From contig CM038999.1 of assembly GCA_017499595.2 (NCBI GenBank), positions 1,240,001 to 1,304,000 of the forward strand: 64,000 nt of DNA, read 5' to 3'. The position numbers and the translations under genes are program-made. Origin of the DNA: Psilocybe cubensis. Its lineage: Eukaryota. Under the pieces are notes generated by a model. The model saw nothing but the letters and a program-made list of their open reading frames with translations. It was not told the DNA's origin and searched no databases. Positions 38,115 to 52,440 of the stretch are shown here, piece by piece (within the stretch, counting starts at the first letter, position 1; every line of letters starts with the position of its first letter).

Positions 38115-39568
38115 TCAAACAATTGTTGGAGGGAATAAGCGCCCGTCATGCTCCCTGTCACCAACAACCTCCACTTTTAAGCCTACTCCACCAGGTACAC
38201 AACCTTCACCAAAGGATTTTTCCAGAGCAATCTTCGACTGGAAGCCACTGCAATGCATAGGAAGAATATACATTGGCGAAGGTCTGAGTGAATTAGACAA
38301 AAAATTGACAGTCTTTGGTATCCTAGGACTGAATTCTGGCCCCGCAAGATGGAGGCCACCAATAATCTTTTTAAACACAAGTTTCAAACCTTGTAACATT
38401 GTACAGTTGAGCTAGAAGGATGATTACATACCATATAGATAGGCCTGTTGAAAGTCTCTACCGCATCCTTCACCACATTCACAATCCCTGCGTGAGAGCA
38501 CCTATGTTTGATGTATTTATTAGAATAAAAACGATGACAGTGAAACACAAGCGTACGCGCTGAATATTACCAGCCCCTTTCCTGCAACATCGATAGCAGC
38601 ATACCTTTCATCCATGATATGCTTATAACAATTTGGATATTGGCTAATATGGAAGATCATTGCAGGAAAATTGACTGACCGGTTCGTTCACCCATTTTCC
38701 ACCATGACCGTTGTCTGTACTTTCCTTCATCCATCGATGTCCCCCAAGTATCCCTGTCTCAAAATCGGTTACCCTAGGTATCTCCCCACTAACCCAGATA
38801 GCGCCATCTGCCACTGCATGTCCCTCGGAGTGTGGTTCCACTATACCTCCAGCAGTTTGAATTGATTCAATGGTAGGATCTAGGGGCAAAGCACAAATTA
38901 CTTTGTCATATCCTGGCCCAGGAGCAATTCCTCTAGCAATCGGACGGCTAGGGTGAACATCAACAATACAGGGACGTTTGTGAAGACCTCCGTCTATATC
39001 CTTCTTCAAGGCAAGAAATGAAAGAAGTCCTCCAGTGTGATCGCTATGCCAATGGGATGTAATCACTCTCTCAATCCTATGGACAGGGACCTCCATAGCC
39101 TTTATATTTCTAACGAGAGATAGCGAGTCAGGTCCAGTGTCGAATAACGTCAGCCGGGAGCTCTCTTCGCCAGTGACCGATGTTTCCTGATATCTCTGTT
39201 TCAGATTCGAAAACCAGGGATAACCAATCACCTTACGATCAATGCGGAAAATCCATGAGCGCCTATTGAAATAAGTTCATTATTCTGTATACAACTCAGT
39301 TGTAGGGCTACTGACGCACATACCACAGCAAAAATTATCAAAGTCCAGCACTGGGACACCTTTCTCTTTGTCGAATACACCATGGCTAGTTTGCTGCAGA
39401 TGTTGGGGCAACTCATGAGAAAACCCAGGAGGTAATTTCGTCATCCTTCCTCCCACATTTAGCTTGTGTTGTCCCTTCAGTTTCCGACATAACATCATAC
39501 CATTCGATACAGTTATCCACGAGAAAGATAATAGTCAATTTATCGACCTGTTTTACTTGTGGAGGCAT
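38115..39568 (-). CDS. Metallo-beta-lactamase-fold hydrolase (COG1237-like)
   Basis: LVDNCIEW, AHGFSALI, LFDTGP, SHWHSDHTGG (HxHxDH), SACSHAGIVNV, IIGGLHL and PMHCSG across several exons. Confidence 0.88.
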
Positions 39569-40766
39569 GTTGTAGACCTTTGAAGAAAGGACACAATCCT
39601 GAAGAACGGCGGCGATAAGTATAAATACTTCACAGAACGTAGTGGTTGGACAATGGTGTTTTTCCGCCTTTTCTTGTTCTTCCAAATCGCGAGCAGCATC
39701 TGATGGTCATCGGTCATCCACTCAAGTACTCACGTGTTGCACTAGGTCATGCGTGTCTGTCGATGGCCATGTAAATGTTCTTAACCTTTCTGGCTTTCCT
39801 CGTTGCTCGATGCTATCAAGGTTCCAAAAAACCACGAAATGAAAGAATACTAACGGATCTCCGAACTCAAATTTGTTTAAACACCGTGATTCTCGAATGT
39901 AAAATCTATAGCATGGGATAAAAATCGTTTGCAAAAATACGGTACTCAGTGCTGTCACATTTGACGGTTGGAATCGTGCACTCTAGATCTTGTGAAACAT
40001 TCGTGTTAATTCATTAACCTTCAGTGAGTAGGATCTCATTGATACCTTCTAGCAACCTTACATTCTCACAGGGATATATGCCAAGCTATATGTGATAGAT
40101 TGAGTTGTGATTAATCATCGCACCCAGTTCTGAATCTCCGAGTCATTATTCGAGACTTGTTTTCTCTTGACTCGATTGTAAGCTATTTTTTTGACTTATT
40201 ATTGGGCACATAGTTGACTATTGGAAGAACCGGCCGACCAATCTATCTGGATGCAAAGGTCTTTTGCGGAGGAGCAACAACACACCACTGAGCAGGGTTC
40301 AACGCATCTCTTGACGTTAATATACCCGATCCCCTTCCGTCCTCCTTTTATGCACTACCCTTTACATCAAGGGCGAGTCAAGGGTATTGTGAGAATATTC
40401 TAACCGCTAACTCTAGAGTACCAATAGCTCAGGTATCTTGTGGTGATTCGCACCCAAACTCAGTTTTCATTTCTTTTTTCACGCAGCAGAAATCAGCTTA
40501 CATCAAAATTAATAGTCCCCACATAAATTACCGCAGAAAAGGAAGATCCTTCAATTCAAACTCACCATGGTATATACATCATCTTGGCCACTGGTTGGCG
40601 GTCAAAAGGGACGGCCGTGCCTTGGCACTCCACTTTGAGAAACCGGTTCTTCTTGGGATTTAAGGGCCAAAACTCGATGTTTTAGGTTAATGTATATAAT
40701 GGATGCAGAAGCCAGTAGATGTCCAGTTGCTCTTTGTGGGACCCCCCGGTTTTCCCCAGACTCAAG

Positions 40767-42711
40767 ATGTCCGTGGATTCCAAACGCAGCTCTGAACTCA
40801 AGAAGGAGGACCTTGAGGAAAAACGCGACCTTGAATCCCCAATTGGCGCCCACTATGATCCTGAATTCGTCAGAAAAACATTGTATGCTTCTTGTGTCGC
40901 TCCTTCAATTCCCTTTCTCAAAGGCTATGCTTTTTTTTTCAAGGCGTCTCGTAGACTGGCGTATGCTGCCTCTCCTTGGTTTTCTATATTCAGTCGCCCT
41001 CATCGATCGTACCAACCTGGGTATTGCAAGAGCTGCCGGCATGGAGATCGAACTTGTGAGCTGAAATCCCTGAAAGTATATCAAGATGTGCTGAATACTT
41101 TTTACAACAGAAATTGTACATCGGGGAACGTTACAGTATTGCTTCAATGATTTACTTCATCCCATATATCATATTGTACGTTGAATGGTGTACTTTCTAT
41201 TCAACTCTAATAATTTATATGAATGAATTATACAGACAAATTCCTGGCAACATCGTACTTCGATGGATCGGCGCACGAACCTGGCTCACAATCTGCGTGG
41301 TTGGTTGGGGCATAGCACAGCTCGGAATGGGTTTCGTTAAGACCTGGGGCTGGCTAGTGTTTTGCCGTGTCTGGCTTGGTGTATTTGAGGTATGGTCATG
41401 TCACATTGTTGATTCTGCGCCGAAATAGATACTAATCATATGCATTATAGGCGGGCTTCTTCCCAGCACTGGTTTTTATTATAACTACCTGGTATAAGCG
41501 GCATGAAGTTCAAAAGCGGCTCGCGATATTTTACCTTATTTCCATCCTCCTTGGAGGGTTTAGTTCCCTTCTTGCATTTGGCATCGCGCATCTGTCTGGA
41601 AGGGGAGGCTATCTTGGTTGGTCGTGGATATTCATCATTGAAGGGACAGTTACTATCGTTCTTGGGATCCTTGCATGGCTTTTTGTTCCCGACTTTCCAG
41701 ACAAGAGTACCTTCGTGACTGACGAACAACGCAAGGTACGAAGTTTCCACTCTGCTTTTATCTCATAAGTCATACCACTTGCAGATGATTTTGGATCGAG
41801 TGGAAGCCGACCGCGGGGATTCAATTCCTGACAAAATGACGACTGCCAAACTCTTCCATCATTTAAGCGATCCTATCGTTTGGATCATGGGTAAGAGGAA
41901 TCTGCATTTGTGTGTCGAATTAGGGCTAACCTTTACTCAAGCTCTGATGTTTTTGTGCTCGACAATGCCTGCATATGCTCTTGGGTTCTTCATCACCATC
42001 ATTTTAAAGAGCATGGGATACAGCACCTTCAAGTCCCTTGTCTTAACTTGTCCCCCCTATGTTTTTGCTGTTAGTTCTTTTCAGTAACGATTCCTGTCCT
42101 TTTGCTGACCTTTTGTGTAGGCCATAAGCACCTTTGTATTCGCCTACATTTCGGATAAATCCAAACAGCGAGCACTGTGGCTTGCTGTCCAAAATCTTAT
42201 ATGCATCACTGGCTTGTTCATAACGGCCTACCATAAGAAAGACCCAGTTCGGTACTTTGGTCTTTTCTTGGTGAACGCTGGTGCATCTGGATGTATTCCA
42301 GGTATTCTTGCATATGTGTGTCAATTTTATTTTGCTGGATTTCTTTTGATTTATAAAAACAACTCTATCAGCACTCGAATAACATCACGGGACACACAAA
42401 ACGCTCTGTCTCTACAGCAGTTATCATTGCAGCTGGTGGCGTAGGCGGTATTTTTGCCACGATGGTATACCGACAGAAAGACTTCCCAAAGTAAATTTCA
42501 TCACCAGTCATTTTGTCTCTGGAAGCCATGAAACTGACGGCTCTTCACTGCAAGATATATGCCAGGAATGTGGGCTACTATCGGCTGCCAATTCTGCATG
42601 TTTATATGTCTTGGAATCACGACAGCAGTGTTCTGGCGTCGAAACAAAGAATATAAAGAAGGAAAGCGAGGTCCTTTGGAAAGCACACCCGGTTTCTACT
42701 ATACTCTATAG
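40767..42711 (+). CDS. MFS transporter, anion:cation symporter (Dal5/Tna1-like)
   Basis: DWRMLPLL..IDRTNLGIAR, EAGFFP..TWYKRHEVQKR, GWSWIFIIEG, PDFPDK and C-terminal PGFYYTL*. Confidence 0.9.
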
Positions 42712-42939
42712 GGCCCCAGTATGGATGTGTACATTTTATCTCATGTATTTTTATTACCTTACGATCGTAAACGAACAGCTCGCTTGACAACCTCGATAGT
42801 GTTATACACACAAACAATAAATCAGAGTAGAGCGTGTAGTGGTTACAAAAAAGGGAAACTATATAATGTACACAGATAATCCACAATTAGCTGCCAATAA
42901 ATCGACAGATGCATAAATTCGTGAGCATTCTTTAGAAAT

Positions 42940-44562
42940 TTATTCCCAGTCGCTATCACCGTCGTCATCGGTTTCTTTGCGCATTGATGGCTTCACATCA
43001 TCCACGACACTAATGTTGGCGGAGGACACAAGATCGAAGCTGCCTTCGCTACTCACCCTAGGACTTGGTGTTCCCGCAGTATCGAGACTTGTTGAAGGAG
43101 GAGTAAGGCCATCAGTCATTGGCTTCTTGGCAGCCTAAGGGTTTGGTGTGAGTAATTAGGATAGAAATCAGAAAATCAAAAACTTACCACAGTATTAGAT
43201 GGACTTTGACTTGGCTGCGTATGTTTACTTGTTGTTGGTGACGATGCTTCATCTTCTTCGTCTTCCCAGCTAAAGTCGTCTTCATTTTCAATAGTCCCTA
43301 AAAGGGCGTCGGTGATATTAAACAAAGCAGACCACAAGGGAAAAAAGGCATACTTTGAAGTAAAGCCTTTCGCTTTTCCTCCTCGGAACGAATTTGATGA
43401 GTACGGAAGAAAAATCTGAGCCAAAAGGTAGTCTGGTTCATTTCAGAAGGCACTAAACACCAAAGAAATATAAGATTGATGATACACCAAAAACAAAGCA
43501 AGAACGTACCTAATGTTTCTTGAAGTTGCTTCAAGGATTGATTATCGTTGGAGTCCTGTAAAGCGGTTTCAATCTTAGATTTCCATTCTGCGCCTTCAAC
43601 ACCACCATCCAGAGTATCGACTTCCTTTTCCTTCCACAGATTATATTGTTCTTTCACGCCTTCTTCCGCTTCAGGATCGTGCCTGATGATTGTGGGATCT
43701 TGCTTGAGCCGTCGTAAGAGGGCCTCTGCCCGGCTGATAACAGCACTCTGGGTCTCCAGACTCTTCGTATTGCTTCCTTCTTTCTCCTTTCCAACCAAAT
43801 TAGGCTCCGGTAGCATCCACATATCTGCACCATCCCAAAGAACATTCGACCCGTTTCCATTTACCTGATCTGGAGGTATAACCTTGACGGCTTCGCGGAG
43901 CACCTCCCCGGCCTCCTTCATCGCTTCACGCAGGAGAGTCTCACTTTTATGCGCATATTCCTCTGCCTGGGCAAGGGTGACGCCCTGCACGCGTTGGAGC
44001 TCTGACAGGATGTTCGCACGCATTTGCTGTATGTCTATACTTTCTGATGCATGCTTCAACGACTCTGGAATGTTGTTCTGGACAGTCTGGACGATGTTGG
44101 GAGGTAAAGCCGCTTGAATACGCGAGAAAAGAGTCGCAGAAGATGTTGAAGAAGACGGTGTTTCTCGAGCCGCAGAGGCAGAAGTAGACGCTTCTCCGGA
44201 AGACGTAGAGGCTTCCGTTGTCCCAGCACCTGTCGAAGTGCCCTCCTCTTTATTAGTATTTTCATCAATAGTCGTCGCGGGCGTATCGGTCGTTGTGAGC
44301 TTGGTTAACTCCTTCTGTGCTTGAACTACAACATCTCCAAAATCTTTTTTGGCATGTTCAAAGACAGTTTGGCTCTGAAGTTAAAGGTTTGCGCCGTATA
44401 ATCATGGCAATGGCAGAAACGCACTTGTTTCCTAAATCCACCCCAGAAACGTCCCAGCTGGCCAATAACCTGATTTACCTCTTCATTGAGAGACGGTTGT
44501 TCGGGCTGATTCGGATTTGGAGTTGTGGACCTTGTAATATCGAGGGGGTCAAGAAAGTTCAT
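42940..44562 (-). CDS. BSD-domain protein (Dos2-like)
   Basis: LVPSEMNQTTFWLRFFFR BSD motif, EDDFSWEDEE, SFDLVS and acidic C-terminus DSDWE*. Confidence 0.85.
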
Positions 44563-44840
44563 GATGCAATCGTTCCAGGCAAGTCAAGGACACAAGTTAG
44601 GAGGCCAGTGCATCCTCCAAGTGAATTTGGTCGTGATTACATAGTTGATCACTGATCAGCCAATAGCAGCCTGATCGGCTCCACAATAGGCAATTTGGTT
44701 GCAATGAGCGCACTCGAATTGGCCCGGTTCAGCGGCTGAATCAACTGCAGTTGCTGTTCATTTCAGCAAATTAGCTCTCCGCAATCACCACGACGAGTTA
44801 TACCACTCACTCTTCCGCGTCCAGGGGCGACGCCATCCAG

Positions 44841-47800
44841 ATGGTTCCCATCGCTACGTCTTCTCAAGACACAGAACCATATCACGACTATACGGAGGGT
44901 GCATCGGCATTAGATATAGACCAGGCTCTCGACAACAGACGACGCTCTCGACGCGACTCTCAGTACAGCACTTATTTCGATACAGATGGAGACGGTGCTG
45001 TGTTTTCTGGCCCTGGCCATGTGGCCAATCCTAGCAGTGTCTCGAGGATGTCACATATGGAATTGGGTCGGAGAAGTAGTGACGCTTGGTTAACTCGCCG
45101 GAAGAGCATAGAGTCCAGGCCGTCGCATCGGAAGAGACGAGACAGTAAAAGCAGTCAAGTATCTCGGCAAAGCGTGGAAGGTGCAGAGAGACCACCTCCC
45201 GACGACGACGACTTGAGTTTACATTCGGACGATGACGACATAGCTTCCACTGGGAGACGAAGGAGGCAGCGAAGATCCCCATCTCCGCCATCACGGGCTG
45301 GTGTGTTCAACAATTTGGCTCATTTATTTGGAAGAACAGGTACCTCTGAAGACAGGAGACCCTCTGTATCCCAAAGGTCGTCTACTAGCCGTATCTCCAG
45401 ACGGAGCCGAAGTCGAGATGCTGTTTCCGAAAACGCAGTGGATACAGATGATAATGAAGAGGAGCGCTGGGGATACTCGTCAGGCGAAGAATATTCAGAT
45501 TCCGAGTCTGGTCAATCGGCGGATGTTATTCACGACAATGCGTCAATAACAGCGAGTATGCAGTATGACTCGGAGCCCTCCAGTCCTCTCGAAGCTAGCC
45601 AAAATCTACCTCTGCTAAACATTGACCCTGTCTTCGGAGGAGAAGCTCGTATAGATATGGATACTACATTTACTTTGCTTGAACCTCCTCCACCAGGACC
45701 ACCTAGCAGGCAAACGATATACATCGCAGACGAAGACAGTACTGTCCGCTTTGTGGGATACGAAACAATAACTCTGCGCGTTTGGTTATGGCGAACATGT
45801 TGTGTTCTAACTTGCGGAATCCTTGGTTTGCTTGGACATTGGTTTCCTTATCTATGGCTTCGATGTGTTGCTCGGGAGAAAGCTTTCAAAGATGCACATA
45901 ATGGATTTTTGGTCGTTGAGGTAAGTCATAAAATCAGCTTTCTGTTCTGTTACTTATGCTTCATAGTCAGCATATAAAGCAATAGTCTTAATTCCGATCC
46001 AACTCCTTGAATACCCGTATCGTATATCCACCGTCTTCTTGGAGTCTGTCCCAACGATACCCGGAACAAGTTCACTTGTTCTAGACGAGCAATATAACGA
46101 TCCAAACGCCATTCTTAAACATTTGCTTATTGTCGATTACCGACACACGCGATTTGCCATCGATCCCAGAACAGGACTTTTCGAGATGGTTAGGTCGGTC
46201 TTTCACCTTTATGCATTCAATTTGTCAGCTTAAACCTATGGCAGAGACTGGAGGGACCCAAGCTGGAGTAATGTGCAAGCTGCACACAGAGGCATCGATC
46301 AGGAAACTAAAGAACAGCGCAAGATTGTGTTCGGAAAAAACGAAATAGACATCGAGGGGAAATCTACAGTATCTCTTCTGGTCGACGAGGTCAGTCAATT
46401 ATTCTATGTAGACTATTTTCGTTCTTATGTCTTATCGCTAGGTTATTCATCCCTTCTACGTGTTTCAAATAGCAAGCATCATCTTGTGGTCACTGGATGA
46501 TTATTATTACTATGCGTTTTGCATAGGGTTAATTTCAGTAATTAGTATCACTACTACCCTTATCGAGACGAAGAAGGTGTGCGCGATCTATCCCAATGAC
46601 TTTATTGGGTGTCCATTGAAAGAATATTTTCTCTCTAGACTGTGGCACGTATGAGGGAAATGTCAAAATTAATTTGCACTATGGATGTGCTGAAGAACGG
46701 TTTTTGTATGACATCCTTTTTCTTACCTAATATGATTTCTTTCTTTACAATCCCCTCCAACAGGGACAGAAACAGATTCGAGCGAGCTTGTACCGGGAGA
46801 TATCGTCAATCTATCAACATCGCACTTGTCCTTGATCCCAGCTGACTTCTTTCTTCTGTCTGGAGACGCTATCGTCAATGAGAGCATGTTGACTGGAGAA
46901 AGTGTCCCTGTTAGCAAAACCCCTGTCAGAGACGAAGACATAATCCGGTGGCGAGACGAAAAGACGGAGAACGCCAAAACTTTCCTTTATTGCGGCACGA
47001 AGGTTGTTCGTATCCGAGGTACGTTCACCAACGAGGGTCAGGGACGGCCAGCTCTTGCTGTTGTGGCTAGGACCGGTAAGGTCTATTTGACTGTATCCAG
47101 GTCTGTCATCTAATAATGTGTCTGTCAGGTTTCAACACAACGAAGGGCGCTTTGATTCGCTCTATGTTGTTCCCCAAACCCATTGGATTCAAATTCTATC
47201 GTGACTCTGTCAGATTCATTGGAGTTCTAGCCGGCATTGCTGGGTTGGGTTTTTGCTTCAGTGCGATTGAATTTGTGAGGATTGGTGTATGTGTATCCCT
47301 TAATATTTTACACCTGTTCAATTCTAAATCGTGCTTAATACCACAGCTTCCATGGCAAACCATTCTAGTTCGTGCATTGGACTTGATAACCGTTGTAGTG
47401 CCACCGGCTCTCCCAGCAACCTTATCCATAGGTACAAGTTTTGCAGTAGGCCGTCTGCGTAAACTCGGAATCTACTGTATATCTCCCAGCCGTGTCAACG
47501 TCGCCGGAAAAATCAACGTGTGCTGTTTCGACAAAACCGGTACACTAACCGAAGACGGACTGGACATTCTCGGTGTGCGCAGTCTTGACAAGAATGAAGA
47601 GCGCCTGTTCGGCGAGCTGTGTGAAGATGTGCATGATCTGCCTCTTGGAAAAGAAAAGGCAACCTTTTTGCATGCTCTGGCGACGTGCCACTCTCTGAAA
47701 ATGGTCGACGGGGAGGTAATTGGTGACCCGCTAGATGTGAAAATGTTTGGGTTTACCAAATGGACATTGGAAGAAGGCCGGGTCGCGGGCACTGGGAATA

Positions 47801-50265
47801 TTAAGGCCAAGGGCACGGTGGTGGATCAGGCGGCGCTTGTGCAAACTGTTGTTAGACCTCCAGGAAGCGCGCAGTTTCGTTTGGAGGATGCGCTGAAGGG
47901 GTCTGCGAGGGTGAGACGAATTAATCAGTTTACATTGATGCTGTTCGAGCTAATAAAATTTTTACAGCACGCTCATTTCCTCGAGTTGGGTGTCATTCGG
48001 GCGTTTGATTTCGTTTCTTCGCTTCGTCGCATGAGTGTTATCGTCAAGAGGCTCAAGAGCAGCAGTATGGAAATCTATGTGAAAGGCGCGCCGGAAGTTA
48101 TGGCGGATATTTGTGACAAATCTTCTTGTGCGTATTTTTCGGTCACTTATGCAACCTTGTATGTATTGATATGTTGGGTTTCTCTCAAGTTCCAACGGAT
48201 TACGACGATCTATTATCATATTATACAAAGCGGGGTTATCGAGTCATTGCTATTGCTGGGAAAAGCATAGAGGGTTTATCATGGCTAAAAGCTCAAAGAA
48301 TGAAAAGGTATTAAAGTCACCTACTTTCTACAAACACTGGCACACAATTAATTCATTAATTCTAGAGAGCAAGCGGAATCCGGACTCAAATTTTTGGGGT
48401 TGGTTATCTTTGAAAATCGATTGAAACCCGGTACAGCGCCTGCAATACAGGCACTGCGTTCCGCGCACCTGGCGTGCAGGATGATAACTGGGGACAACCC
48501 TCTCACTGCTGTCAGCGTTGCGCGTGAATGTAGCTTGATCAATCAGGCGGCACATGTTTTCGCGCCTATCTTTTCTCGCGGTATGTCTTTGTCCACTCCT
48601 CCCTACTCTCTCCTTGCCGTTCTCGTCCACGAAAAAAAATGACATCTGACATCCCGTCTGTCTGCATTTTAGGGAATGCGTCGATTCCGGCGTCTAAGCT
48701 TGTGTGGTCTTCGATGGATGATCCGCTATGGAAACTGGACTCGTATAGCCTAAAACCAATGCCACCGCCACCGCACCTTGCAGTCGAGGGGGATGAAATT
48801 AATTATCAGGATTACTCCCTGGTCATCACGGGCGACGTATTCCGGTGGATGTTAAACTATGCGCCGTTGGAGACTGTACAAAGGGCAAGTATTTATAGCG
48901 AACTATCAGACGACGGAGTTAATTGACATCCTTGCTGCGACTTATGAACAGATGCTTGTGAAGACCCAGATTTTTGCCAGGATGTCCCCGGATGAGAAGA
49001 ACGAGGTCGTTGAGCGATTGCAGACGTTGGGGTATACGGTCCTTATGTGCGGAGATGGTGCAAATGATTGTGCAGCATTGAAAGCTGCTGACGTCGGGAT
49101 ATCGCTTTCCGAGGCAGAAGCTAGCGTTGCGGCACCGTTCACAACGAGCACACCGGATATCGGATGTGTTCTCGAAGTGATCAAGGAAGGGCGGGCGGCC
49201 CTTGTCACCAGCTTTAGCTGTTTCAAGTATATGTTCGTCAGGGAGATTGGGTTTTACTGTGCCGAGTTTTGACGCTGATTCTGAGTTTATTCACAGGGCG
49301 CTCTATTCTATGATACAGTTCACCTCTGTCACTTTGCTTTACTCCTTTGCATCTTCACTGGGAGATTTCCAGGTATCTTAATTATATTTGTAGCATGACG
49401 TTGTCGTTTCAGCTGACCATCATTGACTTTGGACAGTTCCTCTACATCGATTTGTTCATCATCATACCGATTGCTGTCACCAGTAAGCCCGTCGAAATTA
49501 TAGAACAGTGATGAAATGTGTGTTTACTGATGAATCAACCCCAGTGGGTCGGACGCTCCCGTATCCGCGTATCTACCCCAAACGACCGACAGCCAGCTTG
49601 GTGTCGAAGAAGGTGCTGGCGAGCATCATTGGGCAGATTGTGATCACGAGCACTGTGCAGTTCTGGGCATACTTTTGGGTGCGCAGGCAGGAATGGTGAG
49701 ATGCTTACATTTGTGTGTCAAAAATAGATATTTACGGCAAAATAAAATCAAGGTATACACCGCCTCCGACAACTCTGCCATCAGAGGGTGGCGACAACAA
49801 ACTAGAGTCGACAAACTTTGAAAATTCTGTGCTGTTTTATATCTCATGTTTCCAGTACATCCTGATTGCCGCTGTGTTCAGCATCGGGCCGCCGTACAGG
49901 AAATCCATGTGGACGAACGGTAAGCCCGCAAGCAAAGTGTACGATCGATTTCTCACATCAGTACTCGAACCCCAGGTTGGCTGATGTTTTCGATGTGCTT
50001 GTTGTCGGCATTCAATGTCCTGGTGTTACTCGCTCCACCCACGATATTTGTCAAGTTACTGGAGCTGATGAGCTTCCCCTCGGGGGCGCGCTACACACTG
50101 CTGCTCGCTGCGTCGATCAACGTGGTGGTGTGCCTAGGGTACGAGGCGTGGGGCACACAGGGAGTGAGCAGTGTGCTGGGAGCGGGGATGCGGTGGTGGC
50201 AGCGCAGCCGACGGAGAGTGCGGGACGGAAAGACATACAAGGTAGTCGAGGGCGGGATGCGATAA
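44841..50265 (+). CDS. YPK9: P5B-type ATPase (Ypk9/ATP13A2 family)
   Basis: [57 protein letters not shown] and CGDGANDC motifs. Confidence 0.93.
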
Positions 50266-50588
50266 TTAGGATAATTAGTAGAATAGAGACAATAAAAGGT
50301 CTAGACAATGGGCATAACAACATCGGAGGATGAAGCGGAGATTGAATGGTTGACTGATGCCGTTAGACAATGTGATGGATGTGGTAACCAGTGTGGCCGC
50401 TTTACAACGGGTGCTCACGTCTTTTCTCTCTCCCTCCTCCTTCTCTCCATTTATTTCTCTTTCTCTTTTTGCCCCGAGGGCACTTCCAGTCTTTCTCTTT
50501 CTCTATCGTACAGCGAACGCGCCAGGCTGCTCCTTCGCCTCAGTGACCGCTGGTATCGGCCAAATTACAAGTCAAGATATAGCCAGCC

Positions 50589-51854
50589 ATGTTCCCCTCT
50601 CTACGTCCCGGTCAATTAGCCTTCTTGGTCGTGTTCCACTCTCTACTCTTTTTCTCTCTTCAAGCCAATGCCGCCCCCGTAAATGCCACAGGAAAGCCTA
50701 CCCAGGTCACCACCGTTCACACTACCGATACGTGCGTCCCAAATGGTGTTAAGAGATGTGCCATAAGCCACTAATCTGTTTTTCTCAAGTGCTCTCGGTT
50801 TAATGACGGAGACCTGTGTGATTGTGCTCACGCCGATTAAGGATGCACAAGGAAACGATGCCGTGCAGGAGGTCAGGACATGTACAGTCACGATGGATTC
50901 GACAACAACGACATCGAGCACTGGCTCTGCCTCATCGACAACTGTCGCCTCGTCTTCATCTTCATCTATTTCCATCGCTTCAACGACTTCCGCCTCGTCT
51001 TCAGTGTCTACTGCATCGACATCGACCGCTGCGACAGCGACATCGGCATCGGCTTCGTCCTCAAGTGGGATTGTGGTCATTGTGAGATTTGGCTCCGTTG
51101 TTGTATATGGAAGGCTGCAGCTCACGGATTTCGTTTCAGGGTATTTCAACTGTGTCGGGAAGTCAGACCTCGTCCATTGCTGCATCATCCACAATTCTTG
51201 AAACCAGCGCTACGCCCACTGCCAGTGCAACCTCTTCTGGAATAGTTGTCATTGTATGTCACTACTTGCAGCTTTTCATTGGGATCAAACTTAAATTATT
51301 ATGTCGCAGGGAATATCCTCTGTTTCAGGATCGCCAACGACATCGGCAACAGTCCCTCCTACTGTCACAGGGAGCGTTCCAATCGTAGTAGTTGTAAGAC
51401 GCATACGATATCTCTATGTTCAATTTTAACTGACAATACATCATAGAGCTCTACAGCCAGCGACACGGCTACCGCCACTTCCCCAGCAACTACTGATGCA
51501 AACCCCACTCCTACCGCTTCCCCTGATTCGGCGTCCTCTGCGACCTCCGCCGCTGCATCAGGCTCGGCCGCTGCTGCTTCCGCGTCCCCAAGCCAAGATA
51601 CCTTCCAACTGCCCGGCAAAAAGCTGTCTGTCCTCCCTATCGGTCTTGGTGTCTTTGCTGGAATCTCCGTAATCGCTTTGATTGTGGTTGGGTTGGTGAC
51701 CTACGAGCGCACGAAATATCGCAAGGTGCGTCATTTTATTTTCCTAGATCTTAGCGACCAAATTGTGGGGCTAACTATCGAACCTTAGGCGTTCCGGCAA
51801 CGTAAACTTGCAGAATCTGGCGCTAACATGGGCTATGGAGGCAATGCGGCTTGA
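50589..51854 (+). CDS. Secreted Ser/Thr-rich single-pass membrane (mucin/Mid2-like architecture) protein
   Basis: Signal peptide ending LQANA and a short Cys-pair hairpin (ETC...RTC). Ser/Thr/Ala-rich exons, TM IGLGVFAGISVIALIVVGLV and a basic cytosolic tail ending MGYGGNAA*. Confidence 0.8.
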
Positions 51855-52440
51855 AACCGAAAAGCTTTGCTTGAGGACAACACTCACTGAGAACCCTAGA
51901 ACGCGCTAATGAACCTGACTTATTTTCTGACCTATTGGAGACAAAACCGTACACCCCCTAACGCTATGCAATCACAATTTCCTTAGTTGCTAGTGCTCTA
52001 ATACCCGTTTTCACCATCTTGATTTATTTCCTTTTCTCTCATACATGTTTGCTTTTCACGTCTTTTTTTCGTGTATTTTGTTTTACTCGTTTCGGCGTCG
52101 GTACGCATGCGCGGCGAAGCGAGGTTAAAGCGTTTTTGTTCATCTCCTGGGCCCCTTCTTTCCGCTTACTGTACAATTTTCCTCATCTCACTCATCTTGC
52201 GTTGTTATACTACCTCTTTTATTTGTTAGGGAAGATACACACGCAATGCTTGTTCACCCGCTTTTTGCCCAGGATTCGATGCAATCATATGTATTTAGAG
52301 AGAGAGAGAGAAAAGAGTGTTTCGGACAATAATGGACCATGGACCATGGAGGATTTCCTTTGATTAGTCTACGCATAATTTAGTAGTGTAAGAGTGCGGG
52401 CCCGGGGGTTGGCATCGCTACATACTGCAATTGACACCAC

